Positions 39,901 to 51,900 of a stretch of 64,000 nt of DNA are shown one piece after another. Numbering within the stretch: position 1 is the stretch's first letter; each line of letters begins with the position of its first letter. This DNA is from Amphiscolops sp. MND2022 (lineage: Eukaryota), in assembly GCA_964187785.1 (NCBI GenBank), contig OZ076409.1, forward strand, positions 1,302,001 to 1,366,000, written 5' to 3'. Both the position numbers and the translations under genes were made by a program. The notes under the pieces are model-generated. The model was not told the DNA's origin. It searched no databases and saw nothing but the letters and a program-made list of their open reading frames with translations.

Positions 39901-42900
39901 ACTTTATATATTTATATTTTATAACTTATAATTTCATGCCAATTCGTTTTTTTTGGAATTGAAACCTTGATTAGGTTGAAAAGTTTAAAATCACTGGGCG
40001 TGTAAGATATCAATGGAGTATGTTTTCAATGACGCTTCACATCAAAACAAAAGTTTTTTTAGAAGTTGCCTCAATAAATGAAGAAACTCATTTTTAGGAA
40101 ACGGAAAAAGTTTCGACTACTTATGCACTGATACCTTTTTTCTCCCGATCTTTCAATGACGGTTTCAATATTCTCAAAAACTGTCCTTGCTATTTTCATA
40201 AAATTTAGGACTTCAATGGTCCTCCTGTGTGCGCAATGACATTAAAATTGTATGACAGGGATCTGAGAAAGATGGCCAGAATTGGTCCAAAAATGACCAC
40301 AAAACGGCCATTTTGGATTTTTTTATAACGATTCAAAAACAGTCCATACGATTGGAACAGTCATTCTACACCAAAAAGGGTCCTATATGTGCAATGGCAT
40401 CAAAATCGTATGACTAAGGTCTGAGAAACATAGCCAAAAACGACAACAAAGTTCGTACTTTGTTTTTCAATATTTTAACCCATTTCCGACTCCTTTACCG
40501 CACATGAAGCTTTGATTTTGGTATTCAATTTTTTTTCGAAATTCATCTATTGTATAAAAAAGTTTATGCGAATGGTTGTTTGCAGAAATCAACAGTGAAA
40601 GACACCCTAGAATGCCCCCTATGCAGAGCAGATTTCGGCACTCTGAGATCTTTGATAGAAGAGCTGCACAATGCACAGGGTGACCTCGGCAGGAACGGCG
40701 GCAACCAGGCCAGGGGTCAAAGGTCAACAGTTCACCAGTTTTCGTGCTACAACTGTGGCTTGACCCCGATAGAGGGCAAGTGTTACAAGTGCAGAAGTTG
40801 TACTAGCTTCTACCTGTGTCAACAGTGCTTCACCAACAAGATTCACATGCATCACAGTTTTGATATGCGCCAGAAAACTAAAGAGAGGTAGGTTCGTTAT
40901 AACGACACTTGCAGGTAGATCTTCACTAGCTTTTAGTCGGTGCTTTTAGAATAAAAGAGCACCCGACTATTACAGCCAGTCACTCGTGTTTTTTTAATTT
41001 AAGACAGTTCCGATTGCGACGAAATTTTTGTTTAATTTGTTCAACTAAACGAAAACATGGGAAACGCATATAAGTAATTGCAAAGGGTCCACTTTCATTT
41101 TCTACGTTTTAAACGTAACATACAAAACCGGAAGAGACTAAAGGGTCCCCCTTTGAATTTTGTTTTGGCGCTGTGAGTCTTTTTTCGAAATTGTTTTGTC
41201 TCCAAAGGGCCCCTTTCAATTTTATTGAAGTCCCCCATCGTTATATGAACCGCAATATCCGAATTTTTGACGTTTTATACGGACATTTTTTGTCAATGCT
41301 TAGCGGATCTTCAAAATTTCTATGAAAGCAGGGAAGTTTTCCACAATTTTCCCAGATGCAGAGAAGTTTTGCAAAATTTTCCATGTAGGGTCTCTGATTT
41401 TCCTATGTTCTACCAAAAACTAGCCAGCGTTTTATTCACGTAGTTACAAAATTTCACGGCATTCTCAACTGGGGAACAACAGTTTTTTTGCGAATGAAAT
41501 TTTCATGATTTTTTTTTGTTCTGCGTGTTGAATTGTTCGGAGAATTGTTACCTGAAAAATACTGTATACGTTGTGAAATACTGGTACGCGATAGTTTCCA
41601 CTGCTTGAAATTTTACTCTGTTACAATGTGGTTAAATGTCTGAGATAGTATGTTTGTTTCACTCTTACGAAAAGGTGCATTTTTTTCACCAAAGTGTACC
41701 TTCTACAATTTTTTAATGCTTGGCAACAGAATGGATGTTGAAAAATCACAAAGGGCACCCCTTTCAATTTTTTCGGCATTGTGAGATTTTTTCAACCTGT
41801 GCAATTTCAACCGTTGCTATTTCAACCGCTCACAATTTCAACCTATTACATTTTCAACCGTCCGCAATTTCGACCAAACTAATTTCGGCTATTAAGTCTT
41901 AATTCGGTTGAGCTATTATTTCAGTACAATATTTACCAATGAGTCAAACTGCTTTAATTATTGGTAATTATTCATGAAGAAGCCAAAACGTATCAAAAGT
42001 GGCCTAAAAATTAGCACATTTGATTTTAGAAATGTATGAAAGCTAAAACCAAAATAATTATGTACTAATTATGATCCATTAGCCAAAATTAGCTTAGGTC
42101 GAAATTGCGGACGGTTGAAAATGCAATAGGTTGAACTTGTGATCGGTTGAAATGGCAACGGTTGAAATTGCACAGGTTGAAAGTGTATAGGACGAAATGT
42201 CATGTAACCTTCCATATATGGAAATTCTTCAATTTATGCTCCAAATGTTTTCCAGGTGGGTTCCTGTGGATCGAGGATTTCTATTGGTCGGAAACAACAA
42301 CGATAATAATTCGTGCTCAGTTCAACAACGAATGCTGGAATTGGGTCTTGAGAACCGTGATATAACAGAGAACGATTATGATTTGCTGATGCAGCTCGAC
42401 CAATCGGATGTGCCCAATAATCCAGGTACCAACTTTTGCATTCTGTAATGAAAAGCGCCTAGCGTTTGTTCGCTACACAGATTGGAGGAACTGGGGTCAT
42501 GGATTAAGATTCGGGACCAATCACCATAACTCCAGGCCATTTTGTCCTCCTAAGGAAGCCGGTCCCGAGGAGGGGGAACCGTCTCTAGGGATGCCTTCTG
42601 ACCTGTTCTAGTCTGTAATTGCTACTAGTCACATGAAATACTCTTTTTTCTTCGTATCCACTGCGTAAATAGCCTGTAAAAAAGGGGGCAAGGTTGCATA
42701 GAACTAAATTTCTCCAGATGGGAATCTACTGTAAATAGCATCAACTGAGTAGCCCTCTAGCTAATAATTAATCAAACAAATTCGGTAAACATCACAATAA
42801 AGTGCTGAAGTCCAGTTCGGCGAATTGGGCGGGTTTCTGGGTGGTATGGCACCAGCGCTCGAGCTGGGCACAACCCCGGGTATGGATATTGCAATTACTC

Positions 42901-45900
42901 TGTCATGCTGTTTTGCGGGTAAACTCCTGGGAACGTCTAGAGGTTCAGCGCATGGGCTGTCAAAATGCACCATTTCGTGATCATACACGTGTCTTTGTAC
43001 GATTTCTCGCTCTTTCGCTTCGCGGGATTGGTCTCTCTTTGCTCCTCTATGCTTTTTAGCGGGCTGGTACTTTGTAAAGACACGTTCTTGGACTACGTCA
43101 TTTTTGAACGAATTTTTCAGCAATTTCCAAAATTTTCGTTGATCACAGGGTGACGTTACATTCCATCAATCTGGATTTTCATTTCCATAGAAGAAACTGA
43201 AAATATGGGAGAAATGGAAATGGAAAATGAGTTTTGAACGAATCGATGAGAAAAAACACAGTTAGTCATTCCATCTCAACTAAAACCATTCGAAACTTCA
43301 CAATGACCATGAAACGCATGGTTATCAGGAAAACATGAAGCAGAAACAAAGGAAAATCTTGTACGAATAACGCTGGAAATCGATACCACATTTGGGGTTT
43401 TTTAATATCTCATGTTTTCCTGGTGATCATGTTTTTCATTATCATTTTGAGATGTTTGGATTTTTTCAGTCGAGATGGAATGGTTGACAGAATATTTCTA
43501 ATCCGGCAGTTTTCATTGAATATATGTGTTCGTAACCTGAACTTTGCTGATTTGATTTTTTTTCTACAGAAAAATCTTGAATTATCGATGTGGTTTGAAC
43601 GAAATGAAAAAGTATTTTTGTGTTTCATGAGATGTGTTTCAAATTTTTTATGAAAAAATGTTCGAACTGAAAAAAAATTCTGTCGTACATTCCATCTCTA
43701 CCTAAAAAGTATCAAACCTCTCAGTGATCATGAAAGACATGGTCATAAGGAAACCATGAAATAGTAAGAAAAAGTTGTGTCGTTTTCTAGCGACATTCGT
43801 ACAAAATTTGGTTTGGTTTTCATTAACCTGAGCTTTGCTGATTCAGAAAAAAAGAAAACATTGTATTTTTTCATATAAAATACTAAAAGGTATATACACG
43901 AAGGACAGTGTAAAAAAGATACCTACTTATAAACTAGACATAACAAAAGAGTTTTTATAAAACAAAGACTGAGCATTAACATTTGACTACCCTGCTTGGA
44001 AAAAATGCATTACTTACTAGGATCTTGCAAGTTTTTCTTGCAAGATCTTGCAAGTTAATGCATTTTTCTGCAAGACATCTTGCATGTATCTTGCAAGGAG
44101 AAAAATTTCAGCGCAAGTAAAAGTGTTCCTTCAAGGAGAAAAATATTCTTGAAACATTCTTCCAAGGAGAAAAGTTTTCTTGCAAGATTTTTGGAAGGAG
44201 AGCATTTCAGTTAGAAGAAAGAAGAAAGTTTTTCTAATTCCGCGGGGTGGAAGCCGAATAAGCAGTTCTGCTTTTCTAAGTCGGCGCCCTTTCGGATAAT
44301 ATCTCCCCATGGCAAACTATGGTACCATATTTGCAGCCAAGTGTTCAAGTAATGGTGGACTTGAAGCTGAGGTTTCAAAGTGACTTGCTCAAGGTCACAA
44401 AGGTCTGACTGCTCACCGTTAGGTCTTTTTATTTTGCTTTTCTCCGCCAAATGCGTTATTTTTTGTCATTGACCATACCACTAAGCTAGGGATGAAGGAC
44501 TTGCTTAAGGCCCAACAATGGTGAGTTGAGAGCGTTAATTATTGACATATTTGTAAGTATGTTTTCAGTATACTTGAAACGATTTGTCTCTTTCACAGCT
44601 GGCGTGGAGATCGGAGCGACCTTGAGTGAGCATGAAGTGAGTCTGCTGCCTTCGATGGTGATCAAGAAACAGCACGTGCATCTGCTCAAACCAGGCATGC
44701 AGTGCAACCTCTGTCTGCAAAGTGAGCAACAAAGAATCTAGGAAAACAACTCGAAAATATTAGGTGGAAAACTCGTCGAAAAGCAACTGGCCGAAAATAT
44801 TAGGTGGAAAAATCGTCGAAAAGCAACTCGCCGAAAATATTAGGTGGAAAACTCGTCGAAAAGCCACTCGCCGAAAATATTAGGTGGAAAACTCGTCGAA
44901 AAGCAACTCGCCGAAAATATTAGGTGGAAAAATCGTTGAAAAGCAACTCGCCGAAAATATTAGGTGAAAAACTCGTCGAAAAGCCACTCGCCGAAAATAT
45001 TAGGTGGAAAACTCGTCGAAAAGCAACTCGCCGAAAATATTAGGTGGAAAAATCGTCGAAAAGCAACTCGCCGAAAATATTAGGTGGAAAACTCGTCGAA
45101 AAGCAACTCGCCGAAAATATTAGGTGGAAAACTCGTCGAAAAGCAACTCGCCGAAAGGTCTCGGGCGGAAAACTCGTCGCAAGAACAGAAAATATTCTCA
45201 GACAAATATAATGCTAACTTCGTGATCGCACTGTGTTATGAAGTTCTGAATTAAAAGTTTTACACTGTAAACTATGAAAGTGAAACATTTCAAACAATTA
45301 TATATCTAAAAAAGCTATATTATGCGTAAAACTGACAATTACACGCATCAATTAATGAAAATTAATCCATAATTAGCACTCGATAATCCCTATTGCTAGT
45401 CTGGGATTATTCGACGATTTTGCACTCAATTATTATTCGACGAGTTAATTTTCGACCAGTTTTCCGCCCTTTAATTTCGACGAATTGTTTTCGACGAGTT
45501 TTCCGCATACCAGCAACCATCAATCCCTAATCATCACTAAATGGAACTTGGAAAACCGCTTAAACTTTTTCTATAACATTGACTGGCACTGTCTTGATGA
45601 ATTTTTCCAGAGTGAGCTCATTTCACTGAGACTTCTGTAATCTATTGACATTTTCTTATTTGGGACCATGTCATCTATTAACCCCCCAGGTGCACCTCCT
45701 TGTTGGGAATACAACCCCCCCACAACACGAAAGCACATTTTGTTTTTGAACAAGACGCCCGCTACGCACCGGGATATTTTCCGCCTTCAATTGGCTAACT
45801 ATAGATTCTTAATCAAAAAATTACTCCTCCTTGGTAAAACACGATTACTTCGGATATAACGTCAAAATTCGGATATAGCGCTATAATTTCGACCCTCTGC

Positions 45901-48900
45901 CTACTCCTTGGTAAAACGCAACTTACTTCGCATATAGCGTGCTGATAGAAATGGGAGTAAAAAACTACATGTAAGTAAGTAATATGTGAGTAAGTACATG
46001 TGAGTAAGTAAATGGAGCAAGTATAAAATGGAGATTTGGCAGAATTTGGAAAAAAACGCAACACAGATCATGATTTTCCTCCCCCATTTATGTGAGCGGA
46101 AAATAATAAAAATATTTCACTAATAAGAGAACATTATATGAATGTATATACTTAGAGGATTGTCTCTACAACTGTTTTGACACATCAGGCAAAAAATTAC
46201 CATAATTTTATGATATTATTGTCCAAAATAGCAGAAAATCACGTTTGGAATATGCTGAAATTGTATAAAAAGGCCTCTATTTTGTCCGCTATAAAATCTA
46301 ATGAGCAACTTTTAGAATAGGATTATGTCGTCATCAATTATTTTAATGGACCAAAATTTCAACGCAAACGATGTCGACATAATGGTGTTTGAACCTTCTG
46401 TCTTGTTACCCCCCCCCGCCGCAGTTTGTGGGGGAAATAGATGACATGGTCCGTTATTTGTAATTCGTTGCCGAAGTCCGTCATGAAAAATCAATAATAA
46501 TTCCACTGCGACGTTTATTTGAAGGAATCCCTTGTTTACTAATGGAGAAATTCAGACAGGGTTTTGCAAACTGCAGGAAAATTCTTCAAAATTTTATCAT
46601 GTATGCTTCGTGAAGTTTTTTCTTAAAAACACAATTAGCCGACGCAATTTAACACAGCTCGTCATAAGATAAAACGGTTATTACTAGCTTACCTTTCAGT
46701 ATTTAACGGAACAATCACTTGATTTTTCGAATCGTATAAAATGACAAAAAAAAAAGAAAAAACTTCCTTTGAAAGTATGAAAAAAGTATCATTTTTTTCA
46801 TACTTTCAAAGGGTTTTTTGAATTTCTTTGAAAAGTTCTTTTTTTTTCAAACAATCAAGAAAATTTCCTTCATTGATGTTCATCAAGACTGACTGAAATG
46901 AATAAATTATCACGAGACTTTCACATCGAACCATGAAGAATCTCCTAATTTCAAGATGCGAATGTTTTCTTTTCAGATTACAGAGTTGGTCAATCTATTC
47001 GAAGGCTGACATGTCGACATAAGTTTCATCAGAATTGTCTGGACGGCTACTTATTACACCAATCGAACTGTTGTCCTATTTGCCACGAGATAGTCGAAAT
47101 CAATTCCTCTCGGCCGACCAATCAGAATACAGAAACTCACTTGCAAATTAGTTCGGTCTCTAAGAGTCAAATAAATCAGAAAGGTCAACGACCGAAAAAC
47201 AACGAAAATCAATTGCGTGACTTAGGCAGCAGAAAATCCAATAAAGGTTAATTTTTTAATATATATGTATGAACCCGCTTTGATTTTTTCCTTTTAATTT
47301 GATAACTTTTTGTTCAAAAGTTTATAATAATGAACCCGTGGCCTTAATCCCCACTAGCCCGAAATAACATTTTATTCTTGAAGAAAATTATTTTTTTAAT
47401 AACAGAATATTATGAATGTAAATTACATATGATTCTAAATACTTAGAGGATTGTCTCTACAGCTGTTTTGACATTTCTAGCAAAAAAGTCATCCTAATTG
47501 TTTGATATTATTGTCCAAAATAGCAAAAATCACACCGGGAACAAGCTGAAGTCGTATAAAAGGCAGCTGAAAATTCAACGCAATTTGCTCCACCATGAAA
47601 TTAAATGAGCAACTTCTAACTGTGAATCAATGTAAAAAGATATGATTATGTCGACATCAATTGTCTTGTCGTGCCAAAATTTCAACGATGTCGACATAAT
47701 GGTATTTGAATATTCTTTCTTCTTCCCCACCCTGCCGCCGCTTTGGAGGGAATAAGAAACATGGTCCCAATGATCTAAGGATGTGTTAGTCTTGAATATG
47801 TGGAAAGTTTTCATAACTTTCAGTACAATTTTGATCACTTGGTACAGAATTTATTCGATTTCTAACCAATCTGATAATGTAACAAGCCGGGAACGACATA
47901 ATTCGGCGCCATATCGAAGGCTCAAAAATAGCAAAAGTTCATGAAAGTGTCAAAAAATTCAAAGTATCAAACTCACAAAAAGAGTATCAAACTCACGAAA
48001 AACCCAAACGACGGAAATGGCGCGCCAGGTGCCCGCTAGCATGTGTCCAGGGGACCCTTTCGCATTTTTAACATCCATTGTTGCAAAACATCAAAAAATT
48101 AAAAAATTGAAGGGAGACCCTTTGGGAAATTTTTTTTGAAAAAAAGTCTCACAATGCCGAAAAAACCAAAATGGGGACCCTTTAGTCTCTTCCGGCATTG
48201 TATGTTACGCGGAAAAAGAGGAAAACTTTTTTGGTTCAGTTCGCTACGCCAAATGAATCAATTTTGGGACCATAAAATTTCGTATAACTTATGATAACTA
48301 TTTTGGTCATTTCGTGTGGATTGAAAAAAAGAGTCACTATAAGAGTCGCGTTTCACTTCATGAAGTGCCGACTAAAAGCAATATACTGAGATTTTAAAAC
48401 ACTTTCTTAAACTGTTTGTAAGGATATCAAAGTTTTCGGAAAATTTCTTGCATGTAAATTTTGCATGTTGCATCCATGAGGCTGAAAAAATTTGTCTGAA
48501 ATAAAAGGTTGATTTCATTTTTCAGAGCGTGTGCTATCTTTCCATGGAAATGACTCACAATTGGAGGCCATTCTGACTGTTTTTGGTCAAAGCGACGCCC
48601 AAGTAGTCTCTGGTATTCCTCCTTTTTCGTCTAATTCCGGGAAAAAGAAAACGACGACTGCCGGAAACAACAATCAACAACATTTAGAAAGGTTCCAATT
48701 TTTAAGTTTACCTTGAAATAGAAATAGTTGATTCAATTGGGTATCAATAGATACAGTACTGTGATTAGCGAACCGTCCCTCTATGCCGTTCTCACCCTGG
48801 TCGAGAAAAAATGCATTCCTTGCCAGGATCTTACAAGATCCTTGTAAAAATGCAATTACTTGTAAGATCTTGCAAGGAAATTTGTTCCTTGCAAGATCTT

Positions 48901-51900
48901 GCAAGGAAATGTTTTCCTTGAAAGATCTTGCAAGGCAATTTTTTCCTTGAAAGATCTTGCAAGGAAATACATTCCTTGCAAGATTCTTGAGTTCAATGTA
49001 CTTCATACTGAGAAATTATGTTAACGTAGTCGTGATTTGAGAATAATGTCAAAAACGTTAATAACTATTATTTCAGAAGGGTAATTTAACAAATTGAAAA
49101 ATAATTTTCTAGAGTTTGCATCTTTTTGGTGGTTGAATCCTCTAGTAAGTAAACCTCGTTCTGTGACAGAATCTAATAGTCACGATGCAGTAGTCAACTT
49201 GAAGTCAAAAACAATGAATATAAAAAATTTAAAAAAATTGTTGAGAACTGTTATAGTTTAAGTAGTAATACGTAATTCTACTGAAGTTCTGATACTGCTA
49301 CTGTTTCAGGAATAAAGGGAAGCGAGACAAGAATCTATTTCTATGAAGACCACGTGGCAAAGTGGATGGGCCATCACTACGATGGTCTATAATGTTGCTG
49401 GTATCTAATGTACAAATATATATATATATCAACAACTACAAACATAAGACTGCCATTAATTGGTCACTTTAATTAATTAGATTGCTGTCACTTCAGTTTT
49501 AATAGATTGTTTTGTATTGCTCTTTTCTATTGTTTTGGTATGACAGTTTGTAGCCCCGTTACATTCCCCTCTGTTCGATTCTTGACGAGCTCTGTGGTTT
49601 GGGTTCAACATAAATATCTTTGGGCTTTGGCTAGTGCAATTTACTTGTTTTTAGTTTTCGTCACTCGAGATTGTGATTACCTCTCTTTCTCCTTCTTTGT
49701 TTGTGTTTTCTATTCCACATATCATGACCGGGTTTCCATAGTAGTCCGGTGTGGTGCGGTTTCTTTTTGGTCGTTCATTGCTTGTATTGCTATCTGTTTC
49801 GTTTTCGCTTTCTGGTTCTTCTTTTGTCAGTTGTGGTTTTTCCCAGTTGACTGTTGCTTTTATTGGTGCTTTTGGTGGGTTTGTTTGTTTTCTTTCATTT
49901 TTTCGTTGGTCGTTTTCTTCTTCGTCTTCTGATTCTAATAGTTCTCTCCAATTTGCGAGACGTTTGAATTCTGTTGGGATTTTCTTCTCTCTTCTTTTCT
50001 TTGTGTTTTGTTGTTCGTTGGTTTTGGTTTGTTTTATGTCCTTCTTGTGTTGTGGTGGATTCGTGTGTTTTGATTGGCTGCTTTGTTGGACCAATTGTTG
50101 TGGTTTCGCTATTTCACGTTTGCTGAATGTTTGCGCTGTTGATTTTCCACTTTCTTTCATTGTCAGCGTATGCTGTGTTTCGCCTGTGATTCGTCCTTTC
50201 TTTCGCTTGTAGACTTCTTCTAGTTTTGAGCCCCGTGCTCTTTCTCTGACCATTATTTCTGAGTCTTGTTCTTGGGGAAAGTCACTCATCTCCAGTTCGA
50301 AGTCTTTGTCGTTATCTGAAACAGAATTGTAGTTTGTAGTTGGTTTTGTAGTTATGATTTCTTTGATTGTAGTTAATTTTCTCCCTAGTTGTAGTTCCGC
50401 TGGAGATACGTTATTACTTTTTGGTGAATTTCGTATTGAGTATAATATTTCTGATAGTCCGGTATTTTCTTTGTCCAGTATTATTCTTTTGTTGGTTCTC
50501 AGTCTTTCGTTTATTGTGCGTATAAGTCTTTCTACTTTACCATTACCGCGGTGATCATATATTGGGCATTTTATGTGTTGTATAAAGTATTTTTGACAGA
50601 ATTGTTTAAGTTTGTTACTTGTAAATGCTGTTCCCGAATCTGTTCGAATTTTTCTTGGGATGCCATTATCTGCAATATATCTTTCAAGGAATTCTATTAC
50701 CTTATTAGTAGTTGGGGCTCGCATAAATTTTGCGTCCGGCCAGCCTGTTTTACTGTCGATTGATACTATTAAGTATTTCTTTGAACTTTTTGCTATTTTG
50801 AATGGGCCAGCGAAGTCTATTGCAATTTCTTCATTTACTTCTTTTGGTGTTGGTAGTTTGCCAAATTGTTTTTGATTTAACATTGGTTTTATTGACTTAC
50901 CTGCTGCTTTGCATTCTGGACATGTTTTGGTAAGTAGCGTAATGTCTCTGTGTATCTTTGGCCACCAAATATCGATAATTTGCCTTAACATTTGGTCACG
51001 TCCGGGGTGGCCCCAATGTAGCGAATTTTTGATGGGAGTCTGTAAGTTTTTCGGTATTATAAGACGATCATCCATGTAGAGTAAGTTATTTTCATCAATG
51101 GAGATTGAATTAAATCTCTCTCTCCACGGGCTTTCCAGAGCTTTGATTTTTGCTTTTGTAGGATTTTTTACTAATTTGATTAGTTTTTGTGAATTTTCGT
51201 CGTCGTTATAATTTGCGATAAGCATGTTTTCACCAATTTTGTTGGCTATTTCAACTTTCGATTCAAATTGTTTTGAGATTCGTTTACCTGCTAAGGCGTT
51301 TGTTGAGTTGTTCTGTCCCATTTTGGTCAGTTGCGTTGTTTGCTTGTTCGCGTGTGTTTGTTCACTCTTGGTGCGTCTATCTTCGCGGTTGAGTTTCAAC
51401 CATTGTCGTCCTCTGATTGGTCGAGTGAATTCTTCAGCTAAAATACTATTTACATTATTTACATGGTTCACTGTGAACCAGTTGTTCCATAATTCTTTAG
51501 CTTTTACGCTTTTTCCTTCTATTTGTGATGGATGGCGTGAAAGGTAGTCAGCTATGCCAATTGTTCTTCCAGGTGCGTGGAATATGTCAAAGTCAAACGG
51601 TAGTAGTCGATCTACCCATCGAGTGAGTCTACTCGAGTAGGTTTTGTTGCCTTTATTTCCTTTCAGCACTGTTGCTAGTGCCTTGTGGTCTGATACCACT
51701 TGGAATTTTATTCCGTATAAGTAGTTTTTAAAATGTTCAATCGCCCACACAACGGCGAGTAGTTCCAATTCGTTTATGGAATAGTTTTCTTCTAGTGGCG
51801 TTAAAAATCTGGATGCGAAATGTATTGGTCTCCATCCAATTTCGTCTTGTTGTAGTACAGCGCCTAATCCGGCTTTACTTGCGTCGCATATTATTCGGAT

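Noticed and set aside
44754..45155. CRISPR-like regular 40-bp periodicity
   Set aside because: There are no unique spacers. It is a pure tandem repeat in a eukaryotic intron with no cas genes.
46766..46813. Palindrome CCTTTGAAAGTATGAAAAAA...TTTTTTCATACTTTCAAAGG as a terminator or ncRNA
   Set aside because: An isolated AT-rich hairpin in an intron, most simply a MITE remnant.
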